This document shows positions 46,542 through 56,500 of a stretch of DNA of 64,000 nucleotides, piece by piece (position 1 is the stretch's first letter; each line of letters starts with the position of its first letter). Under the pieces are notes generated by a model. The model was not told the origin of the DNA, made no database searches, and saw nothing but the letters and a program-made list of their open reading frames with translations. The DNA is taken from NCBI GenBank assembly GCA_964035575.1, contig OZ037846.1, positions 1,674,001 through 1,738,000 on the forward strand. The letters run 5' to 3'. The position numbers were made by a program, and so were the translations under genes. The DNA is from Rhynchopus sp. YZ270_cl-10 (taxonomy: Eukaryota).

Positions 46542-48304
46542 GCTCCTTAGCTCCTTAGCTCCTTAGCTCCTTAGCTCCTTAGCTCCTTAGCTCCTTAGCT
46601 CCTTAGCTCCTTAGCTCCTTAGCTCCTTAGCTCCTTAGCTCCTTAGCTCCTGAGCTCCTTAGCTCCTTAGCTCCTTAGTTCCTTAGCTCCTTAGCTCCTT
46701 AGCTCCTTAGCTCCTTAGCTCCTGAGCTCCTTAGCTCCTGAGCTCCTTAGCTCCTTAGCTCCTTAGCTCCTTAGCTCCTTAGCTCCTGAGCTCCTTAGCT
46801 CCTTAGCTCCTTAGCTCCTTAGCTCCTGAGCTCCTTAGCTCCTTAGCTCCTTAGTTCCTTAGCTCCTTAGCTCCTTAGCTCCTTAGCTCCTTAGCTCCTT
46901 AGCTCCTGAGCTCCTTAGCTCCTTAGCTCCTTAGTTCCTTAGCTCCTTAGCTCCTTAGCTCCTTAGCTCCTTAGCTCCTTAGCTCCTTAGCTCCTTAGCT
47001 CCTTAGCTCCTTAGCTCCTTAGCTCCTAAGCTCCTTAGCTCCTTAGCTCCTTAGCTCCTTAGCTCCTTAGCTCCTTAGCTCCTTAGCTCCTTAGCTCCTT
47101 AGCTCCTTAGCTCCTTAGCTCCTTAGCTCCTTAGCTCCTTAGCTCCTTAGCTCCTTAGCTCCTTAGCTCCTTAGCTCCTTAGCTCCTTAGCTCCTTAGCT
47201 CCTTAGCTCCTTAGCTCCTTAGCTCCTTAGCTCCTTAGCTCCTTAGCTCCTTAGCTCCTTAGCTCCTTAGCTCCTTAGCTCCTTAGCTCCTTAGCTCCTT
47301 AGCTCCTTAGCTCCTTAGCTCCTTAGCTCCTTAGCTCCTTAGCTCCTTAGCTCCTTAGCTCCTTAGCTCCTTAGCTCCTTAGCTCCTTAGCTCCTTAGCT
47401 CCTTAGCTCCTTAGCTCCTTAGCTCCTTAGCTCCTTAGCTCCTTAGCTCCTTAGCTCCTTAGCTCCTTAGCTCCTTAGCTCCTTAGCTCCTTAGCTCCTT
47501 AGCTCCTTAGCTCCTTAGCTCCTTAGCTCCTTAGCTCCTTAGCTCCTTAGCTCCTTAGCTCCTTAGTTCCTTAGCTCCTTAGCTCCTTAGCTCCTTAGCT
47601 CCTTAGCTCCTGAGCTCCTTAGCTCCTTAGCTCCTTAGCTCCTTAGCTCCTGAGCTCCTTAGCTCCTTAGCTCCTTAGCTCCTTAGCTCCTTAGCTCCTT
47701 AGCTCCTTAGCTCCTTAGCTCCTTAGCTCCTTAGCTCCTTAGCTCCTTAGCTCCTTAGCTCCTTAGCTCCTTAGCTCCTTAGCTCCTTAGCTCCTTAGCT
47801 CCTTAGCTCCTTAGCTCCTTAGCTCCTTAGCTCCTTAGCTCCTTAGCTCCTTAGCTCCTTAGCTCCTTAGCTCCTTAGCTCCTTAGCTCCTTAGCTCCTT
47901 AGCTCCTTAGCTCCTTAGCTCCTTAGCTCCTTAGCTCCTTAGCTCCTTAGCTCCTTAGCTCCTTAGCTCCTTAGCTCCTTAGCTCCTTAGCTCCTTAGCT
48001 CCTTAGCTCCTTAGCTCCTGAGCTCCTTAGCTCCTTAGCTCCTTAGCTCCTTAGCTCCTTAGCTCCTTAGCTCCTTAGCTCCTGAGCTCCTTAGCTCCTT
48101 AGCTCCTTAGCTCCTTAGCTCCTTAGCTCCTTAGCTCCTTAGCTCCTTAGCTCCTTAGCTCCTTAGCTCCTTAGCTCCTTAGCTCCTTAGCTCCTTAGCT
48201 CCTTAGCTCCTTAGCTCCTTAGCTCCTTAGCTCCTTAGCTCCTTAGCTCCTTAGCTCCTGAGCTCCTTAGCTCCTTAGCTCCTTAGCTCCTTAGCTCCTT
48301 AGCT
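46542..48304. repeat. (CTCCTTAG)n 8-bp satellite, left block
   Basis: Tandem array with sparse substitution variants. Confidence 0.98.
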
Positions 48305-48527
48305 GGTATCTAAGGTGCACAGGGGGCGGCTTTTTTTGGTTCCCGAAACCCTCCCGAAACCTCCCGGAAGTGGTTTTGGATATGGTGCACAGGGGGCATT
48401 TCACCCCTGAAAAAGGGTGCACAGGGGGCTTTTCGGGGGTCCTGAAATAGGGTGCACAGGGGGCGCAAAAGTATGCCCCACATGACTTTTACAGGTATTT
48501 TGGGTCCCGTACACAGTTTTCACAGCA

Positions 48528-48771
48528 CACACAGAAAAACACAGAAAAACACAGAAAAACACAGAAAAACACAGAAAAACACAGAAAAACACAGAAAAAC
48601 ACAGAAAAACACAGAAAAACACAGAAAAACACAGAAAAACACAGAAAAACACAGTATACACAGTTTTCACAGTATACACAGTATACACAGTATACACAGT
48701 ATACACAGTATACACAGTATACACAGTATACACAGTATACACAGTATACACAGTATACACAGTATACACAG
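48528..48771. repeat. Adjacent (ACACAGAAAA)n and (ACACAGTAT)n microsatellites
   Basis: Tandem arrays of 10-bp and 9-bp units sharing the ACACAG core. Confidence 0.95.
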
Positions 48772-48907
48772 TTGGGTTTAGAATAAAAGGTGGATGAAGA
48801 GCTTACCAAGAACCTTATCAACCACACCAACCACACAAGCACCAGCCGGATAATGCAACCTGGAACCACTCTGTAACTGACCCCCGAGAACCCTATCAAC
48901 CACACGA

Positions 48908-49347
48908 GCCGGATAACGCAACCTAGAACCCGCAAACCCGCGCACCCGCAAACCCGCAAACCCGCACAACCACCAGACAGATAACGTAACCTAGAACCAG
49001 AAAACGCAACCTAGAACCAGCAAGTTCCCGCGCACCCGCACCCACCAGCCGGCTTATCGACCACACCAGCCAGATAACGTTGCCCGAACCCCGCGCACCC
49101 GCACCACCACACCAGCCGGATAACGCAACCTAGAACCCGCAAACCCGCGCACCCGCAAACCCGCAAACCCGCACAACCACCAGCCAGATAACGTAACCTA
49201 GAACCAGAAAACGCAACCTAGAACCAGCAAGTTCCCGCGCACCCGCACCCACCAGCAGGCTTATCGACCACACCAGCCAGATAACGTTGCCCGAACCCCG
49301 CGCACCCGCACCACCACACCAGCCAGATAACACAACCTAGAACCCGC
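48908..49347. repeat. 207-bp tandem repeat (~2.1 copies) containing AAACCCGC motifs
   Basis: GCC(G/A)GATAAC recurs at 48908, 49115 and 49322. Confidence 0.9.
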
Positions 49348-49768
49348 TAATACTCGCAAATAACAGTTTTTCAGTGCGTGAAACAGCTGAGTTACTGAAC
49401 CCTGAGAAGACTGGATCCGGTGCACAGGGTGCCTTTTTGAAAAAAATCCGGTGCACAGGGGGCGCCTAAGTGAAAAATCGGTGCACAGGGGGCGTATCCT
49501 GGAAAAATCCGGTGCACACGGGGCGCCCAAAAACGGTGCACAGGGGGCGTCTTTGAACGGTGCACAGGGGGCGCCTAAAATCCGGTGCACACGGGGCGCC
49601 CCAAAAACGGTGCACAGGGGGCGTGTCAGAACGGTGCACATGGGGCGCCCGGCTATTAAATCACGGGTAAAACGCCCCCTGTGCACCGGATTTTTGGGCG
49701 CCCCCTGTGCACCGTTTTGGGGTGCGCCCCCTGTGCACCGGACGTGCCCCCTGTGCACCGGAGTGGCC

Positions 49769-51796
49769 CCTTAGCTCCTTAGCTCCTTAGCTCCTTAGCT
49801 CCTTAGCTCCTTAGCTCCTTAGCTCCTTAGCTCCTTAGCTCCTTAGCTCCTTAGCTCCTTAGCTCCTTAGCTCCTTAGCTACTTAGCTCCTTAGCTCCTT
49901 AGCTCCTTAGCTCCTGAGCTCCTTAGCTCCTGAGCTCCTTAGCTCCTTAGCTCCTTAGCTCCTTAGCTCCTTAGTTCCTTAGCTCCTTAGCTCCTTAGCT
50001 CCTTAGCTCCTTAACTCCTTAGCTCCTTAGCTCCTTAGCTCCTTAGCTCCTGAGCTCCTTAGCTCCTGAGCTCCTTAGCTCCTTAGCTCCTTAGCTCCTT
50101 AGCTCCTTAGTTCCTTAGCTCCTTAGCTCCTTAGCTCCTTAGCTCTTAAGCTCCTTAGCTCCTTAGCTCCTTAGCTCCTTAGCTCCTTAGCTCCTTAGCT
50201 CCTTAGCTCCTTAGCTCCTTAGCTCCTTAGCTCCTTAGCTCCTTAGCTCCTTAGCTCCTTAGCTCCTTAGCTCCTTAGCTCCTTAGCTCCTTAGCTCCTT
50301 AGCTCCTTAGCTCCTTAGCTCCTTAGCTCCTTAGCTCCTTAGCTCCTTAGCTCCTTAGCTCCTTAGCTCCTTAGCTCCTTAGCTCCTTAGCTCCTTAGCT
50401 CCTTAGCTCCTTAGCTCCTTAGTTCCTTAGCTCCTTAGCTCGTTAGCTCCTTAGCTCCTTAACTCCTTAGCTCCTTAGCTCCTTAGCTCCTTAGCTCCTT
50501 AGCTCCTTAGCTCCTTAGCTCCTTAGTTCCTTAGCTCCTTAGCTCCTTAGTTCCTTAGCTCCTTAGCTCGTTAGCTCCTTAGCTCCTTAACTCCTTAGCT
50601 CCTTAGCTCCTTAGCTCCTTAGCTCCTTAGCTCCTTAGCTCCTTAGCTCCTTAGCTCCTTAGCTCCTTAGTTCCTTAGCTCCTTAGCTCCTTAGCTCCTT
50701 AGCTCCTTAACTCCTTAGCTCCTTAGCTCCTTAGCTCCTTAGCTCCTAAGCTCCTTAGCTCCTTAGCTCCTTAGCTCCTTAGCTCCTTAGCTCCTTAGCT
50801 CCTAAGCTCCTTAGCTCCTTAGCTCCTTAGCTCCTTAGCTCCTTAGCTCCTTAGCTCCTTAGCTCCTTAGCTCCTTAGCTCCTTAGCTCCTGAGCTCCTT
50901 AGCTCCTTAGCTCCTTAGCTCCTTAGCTCCTTAGTTCCTTAGCTCCTTAGCTCCTTAGCTCCTTAGCTCCTTAACTCCTTAGCTCCTTAGCTCCTTAGCT
51001 CCTTAGCTCCTTAGCTCCTTAGCTCCTTAGCTCCTTAGCTCCTTAGCTCCTTAGCTCCTTAGCTCCTTAGCTCCTTAGCTCCTTAGCTCCTTAGCTCCTT
51101 AGCTCCTTAGCTCCTTAGCTCCTTAGCTCCTTAGCTCCTTAGCTCCTTAGCTCCTTAGCTCCTTAGCTCCTTAGCTCCTTAGCTCCTTAGCTCCTTAGCT
51201 CCTTAGCTCCTTAGCTCCTTAGCTCCTTAGCTCCTTAGCTCCTTAGCTCCTTAGCTCCTTAGCTCCTTAGCTCCTTAGCTCCTTAGCTCCTTAGCTCCTT
51301 AGCTCCTTAGCTCCTTAGCTCCTTAGCTCCTGAGCTCCTTAGCTCCTTAGCTCCTTAGCTCCTTAGCTCCTAAGCTCCTTAGCTCCTTAGCTCCTTAGCT
51401 CCTTAGCTCCTTAGCTCCTTAGCTCCTTAGCTCCTTAGCTCCTTAGCTCCTTAGCTCCTTAGCTCCTTAGCTCCTTAGCTCCTTAGCTCCTTAGCTCCTT
51501 AGCTCCTAAGCTCCTTAGCTCCTTAGCTCCTTAGCTCCTTAGCTCCTTAGCTCCTTAGCTCCTTAGCTCCTTAGCTCCTTAGCTCCTTAGCTCCTTAGCT
51601 CCTTAGCTCCTTAGCTCCTTAGCTCCTTAGCTCCTTAGCTCCTTAGCTCCTTAGCTCCTTAGCTCCTTAGCTCCTTAGCTCCTTAGCTCCTTAGCTCCTT
51701 AGCTCCTTAGCTCCTTAGCTCCTTAGCTCCTTAGCTCCTTAGCTCCTTAGCTCCTTAGCTCCTTAGCTCCTTAGCTCCTTAGCTCCTAAGCTCCTT
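49769..51796. repeat. (CTCCTTAG)n satellite, right block
   Basis: Tandem array with patterned variants. Confidence 0.98.
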
Positions 51797-52410
51797 GTAA
51801 AAAAAAATGAACCCCTTGTAAAAAAAAATGAACCCCGTGTAAAAAAAAATGAACCCCTTGTAAAAAAAAATGAACCCCTTGTAAAAAAAAATGAACCCCT
51901 GGTAAAAAAAAATGAACCCCTTGTAAAAAAAAATGAACCCCTTGTAAAAAAAAATGAACCCCTTGTAAAAAAAAATGAACCCCTTGTAAAAAAAAATGAA
52001 CCCCTTGTAAAAAAAAATGAACCCCTTGTAAAAAAAAATGAACCCCTTTGTAAAAAAAAATGAACCCCTTTTGTAAAAAAAAATGAACCCCTTTTGTAAA
52101 AAAAAATGAACCCCTTTTTGTAAAAAAAAATGAACCCCTTTGTAAAAAAAAATGAACCCCTAAAAAAAAATGAACCCCAAAAAAAAATGAACCCCTAAAA
52201 AAAAATGAACCCCTAAAAAAAAATGAACCCCTTTTTTTTAAAAAAATGAACCCCTTTTTTAAAAAAAAATGAACCCCTTTTTTTTAAAAAAATGAACCCC
52301 TTTTTTAAAAAAAAATGAACCCCTTTTAAAAAAAAATGAACCCCTTTTTAAAAAAAAATGAACCCCTTTTTAAAAAAAAATGAACCCCTTTTTAAAAAAA
52401 AATGAACCCC
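51797..52410. repeat. ~21-bp minisatellite (GTAAAAAAAAATGAACCCCTT)n with progressive unit change
   Basis: Tandem units; the T-run and GT content change along the array. Confidence 0.95.
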
Positions 52411-52416
52411 AGCTCC

Positions 52417-52525
52417 ACCCGCAAACCCGTAAACCCGCAAACCCGCAAACCCGCAAACCCGCAAACCCGCAAACCCGCAAACCCGCAAACCCGCAAACCC
52501 GCAAACCCGCAAACCCGCAAACCCG
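52417..52525. repeat. Short (AAACCCGC)n array
   Basis: ~13 units. Confidence 0.95.
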
Positions 52526-52819
52526 AGGGATGAGCGAGGCACAACCCTATATTCCCAAGATTTTTGCACTTTTAAGGGTTTCTGACATCCTTAGATAGGA
52601 TAAAGAGGCATTTTCAGGTATTTTGATAAACGGACATTTTGTCTATTAGGATATGTGTGATGCTCAGATTGATTCATCTGACCTCATAATGGATTCAGGA
52701 GCCCCTAAATATGCCATTTTCCCAAAAATTTCTCACTTTTGACAATTTTGAAGATTCTCAGAAAGAGTGAGGAGACAAAAAAATGAGAAAAATCTGAAAA
52801 AGTCAAAATATATTATCTG

Positions 52820-52880
52820 TCTCAGGTGTTGAACCCGGGACCGAAAGAATATCGGACCACGGTACAACACACTAGGATTT
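52820..52880 (-). promoter_or_regulatory. tRNA-like element with Pol III B-box
   Basis: Minus strand CCGGGTTCAACACCTG (T-arm/B-box-like) preceded by hairpin CCGA-TATTCTT-TCGG. No acceptor stem found. Confidence 0.35.
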
Positions 52881-52968
52881 TCTGACGCAAGTATTTTTTT
52901 AGTTTTTTATGGATGCGCACAGCTAAGAACCGGTCTGACAATTTAGATCTATTTTTCGGTGTATTTAT

Positions 52969-53022
52969 CCAGTTGGTCACCCGCGCCAGTACTATCCAGG
53001 CTTGGAGGTGTCTAACTTCTCA
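52969..53022 (-). other. Inverted partial 5S copy covering the internal control region (box A, IE, box C)
   Basis: 47/54 identity to 5S positions ~+45 to +98. Confidence 0.85.
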
Positions 53023-53077
53023 GGTAAAAACGGACTGGTAATAAGTCTTCCCAGCTTTTCTATCCAGACCTATTATT

Positions 53078-53197
53078 GGATTCGGCCATACTCTGGTGAA
53101 TACACCTCATCCCGCCTGATTTGAGAAGTTAAGCACCAGCAGGCCTGGATAGTACTGGCGTGGGTGACCAGCTGGGAAGTCCGGGTGCTTGAATCCT
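53078..53197 (+). rRNA. 5S: 5S ribosomal RNA
   Basis: GGATTCGGCCATAC...ATCCCG..GATTTGAGAAGTTAAGC...TAGTACTGG..GGGTGACC..TGGGAA...GTGCTTGAATCC. Ends pair (helix I), helices II and III pair, length ~120 nt. Confidence 0.95.
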
Positions 53198-53201
53198 TTT
53201 T
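53197..53201 (+). terminator. Pol III T-run terminator of the 5S gene
   Basis: TTTTT immediately after the 3' end. Confidence 0.8.
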
Positions 53202-53530
53202 CCTTTTCTTCTGTTGTATTAGGTGTGCACATTTGAGGATGTCCAGACCCTGACCCACCTCCAACAAGACGACCCTGTCTTGTATTCCGATGTTTGCTGC
53301 ATGTTTGGGTGCTAAGTTAGTGTGCTACTTCGAAACCAAACAACTCGTTCAGCAACAACAAAAACTTGAAAAAGACATTTTTTCCAAGGAAAATTCTTTT
53401 ACAATTTTGTGTGAAGACCGGTCATGTTGCGGGCCCGATGTGGCCTGCGACGGACTACTCTCATATGATAGTAAACTTTTTGTTCTCTTCTAGACACAAA
53501 GGAGTAAAAACGCCTCCATAGACTCACCCA

Positions 53531-56500
53531 CAAACCCGCAAACCCGCAAACCCGCAAACCCGTAAACCCGCAAACCCGCAAACCCGCAAACCCGCAAACC
53601 CGCAAACCCGCAAACCCGCAAACCCGTAAACCCGCAAACCCGCAAACCCGCAAACCCGCAAACCCGCAAACCCGCAAACCCGCAAACCCGCAAACCCGCA
53701 AACCCGCAAACCCGCAAACCCGCAAACCCGCAAACCCGCAAACCCGCAAACCCGCAAACCCGTAAACCCGCAAACCCGCAAACCCGCAAACCCGCAAACC
53801 CGCAAACCCGCAAACCCGCAAACCCGCAAACCCGCAAACCCGCAAACCCGCAAACCCGCAAACCCGCAAACCCGCAAACCCGCAAACCCGCAAACCCGCA
53901 AACCCGCAAACCCGCAAACCCGCAAACCCGCAAACCCGCAAACCCGTAAACCCGCAAACCCGCAAACCCGCAAACCCGCAAACCCGCAAACCCGCAAACC
54001 CGCAAACCCGCAAACCCGCAAACCCGCAAACCCGCAAACCCGCAAACCCGCAAACCCGCAAACCCGCAAACCCGCAAACCCGCAAACCCGCAAACCCGCA
54101 AACCCGCAAACCCGCAAACCCGCAAACCCGCAAACCCGCAAACCCGCAAACCCGCAAACCCGCAAACCCGCAAACCCGCAAACCCGCAAACCCGCAAACC
54201 CGCAAACCCGCAAACCCGCAAACCCGCAAACCCGCAAACCCGCAAACCCGCAAACCCGCAAACCCGCAAACCCGCAAACCCGCAAACCCGCAAACCCGCA
54301 AACCCGCAAACCCGCAAACCCGCAAACCCGCAAACCCGCAAACCCGCAAACCCGCAAACCCGCAAACCCGCAAACCCGCAAACCCGCAAACCCGCAAACC
54401 CGCAAACCCGCAAACCCGCAAACCCGCAAACCCGCAAACCCGCAAACCCGCAAACCCGCAAACCCGCAAACCCGCAAACCCGCAAACCCGCAAACCCGCA
54501 AACCCGCAAACCCGCAAACCCGCAAACCCGCAAACCCGCAAACCCGCAAACCCGCAAACCCGCAAACCCGCAAACCCGCAAACCCGCAAACCCGCAAACC
54601 CGCAAACCCGCAAACCCGCAAACCCGCAAACCCGCAAACCCGCAAACCCGCAAACCCGCAAACCCGCAAACCCGCAAACCCGCAAACCCGCAAACCCGCA
54701 AACCCGCAAACCCGCAAACCCGCAAACCCGCAAACCCGCAAACCCGCAAACCCGCAAACCCGCAAACCCGCAAACCCGCAAACCCGCAAACCCGCAAACC
54801 CGCAAACCCGCAAACCCGCAAACCCGCAAACCCGCAAACCCGCAAACCCGCAAACCCGCAAACCCGCAAACCCGCAAACCCGCAAACCCGCAAACCCGCA
54901 AACCCGCAAACCCGCAAACCCGCAAACCCGCAAACCCGCAAACCCGCAAACCCGCAAACCCGCAAACCCGCAAACCCGCAAACCCGCAAACCCGCAAACC
55001 CGCAAACCCGCAAACCCGCAAACCCGCAAACCCGCAAACCCGCAAACCCGCAAACCCGCAAACCCGCAAACCCGCAAACCCGCAAACCCGCAAACCCGCA
55101 AACCCGCAAACCCGCAAACCCGCAAACCCGCAAACCCGCAAACCCGCAAACCCGCAAACCCGCAAACCCGCAAACCCGCAAACCCGCAAACCCGCAAACC
55201 CGCAAACCCGCAAACCCGCAAACCCGCAAACCCGCAAACCCGCAAACCCGCAAACCCGCAAACCCGCAAACCCGCAAACCCGCAAACCCGCAAACCCGCA
55301 AACCCGCAAACCCGCAAACCCGCAAACCCGCAAACCCGCAAACCCGCAAACCCGCAAACCCGCAAACCCGCAAACCCGCAAACCCGCAAACCCGCAAACC
55401 CGCAAACCCGCAAACCCGCAAACCCGCAAACCCGCAAACCCGCAAACCCGCAAACCCGCAAACCCGCAAACCCGCAAACCCGCAAACCCGCAAACCCGCA
55501 AACCCGCAAACCCGCAAACCCGCAAACCCGCAAACCCGCAAACCCGCAAACCCGCAAACCCGCAAACCCGCAAACCCGCAAACCCGCAAACCCGCAAACC
55601 CGCAAACCCGCAAACCCGCAAACCCGCAAACCCGCAAACCCGCAAACCCGCAAACCCGCAAACCCGCAAACCCCGCAAACCCGCAAACCCGCAAACCCGC
55701 AAACCCGCAAACCCGCAAACCCGCAAACCCGCAAACCCGCAAACCCGCAAACCCGCAAACCCGCAACCCGCAAACCCGCAAACCCGCAAACCCGCAAACC
55801 CGCAAACCCGCAAACCCGCAAACCCGCAAACCCGCAAACCCGCAAACCCGCAAACCCGCAAACCCGCAAACCCGCAAACCCGCAAACCCGCAAACCCGCA
55901 AACCCGCAAACCCGCAAACCCGCAAACCCGCAAACCCGCAAACCCGCAAACCCGCAAACCCGCAAACCCGCAAACCCGCAAACCCGCAAACCCGCAAACC
56001 CGCAAACCCGCAAACCCGCAAACCCGCAAACCCGCAAACCCGCAAACCGCAAACCCGCAAACCCGCAAACCCGCAAACCCGCAAACCCGCAAACCCGCAA
56101 ACCCGCAAACCCGCAAACCCGCAAACCCGCAAACCCGCAAACCCGCAAACCCGCAAACCCGCAAACCCGCAAACCCGCAAACCCGCAAACCCGCAAACCC
56201 GCAAACCCGCAAACCCGCAAACCCGCAAACCCGCAAACCCGCAAACCCGCAAACCCGCAAACCCGCAAACCCGCAAACCCGCAAACCCGCAAACCCGCAA
56301 ACCCGCAAACCCGCAAACCGCAAACCCGCAAACCCGCAAACCCGCAAACCGCAAACCCGCAAACCCGCAAACCCGCAAACCCGCAAACCGCAAACCCGCA
56401 AACCCGCAAACCCGCAAACCCGCAAACCCGCAAACCCGCAAACCCGCAAACCCGCAAACCCGCAAACCCGCAAACCCGCAAACCCGCAAACCCGCAAACC

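Larger units (their letters stand above)
48305..49768. mobile_element. TIR/foldback-like element inserted in phase into the CTCCTTAG satellite
   Basis: Both ends read GG-N7-GGTGCACAGGGGG inward. About 17 subterminal GGTGCACAGGGG motifs, inverted at the right end. The satellite register continues across the insertion. Confidence 0.7.

Noticed and set aside
49418..49762. CRISPR-like array of GGTGCACAGGGG with variable spacers
   Set aside because: Repeats are ~12 bp, spacers are short and similar to each other, orientation is mixed, there are no cas genes, and the context is eukaryotic.
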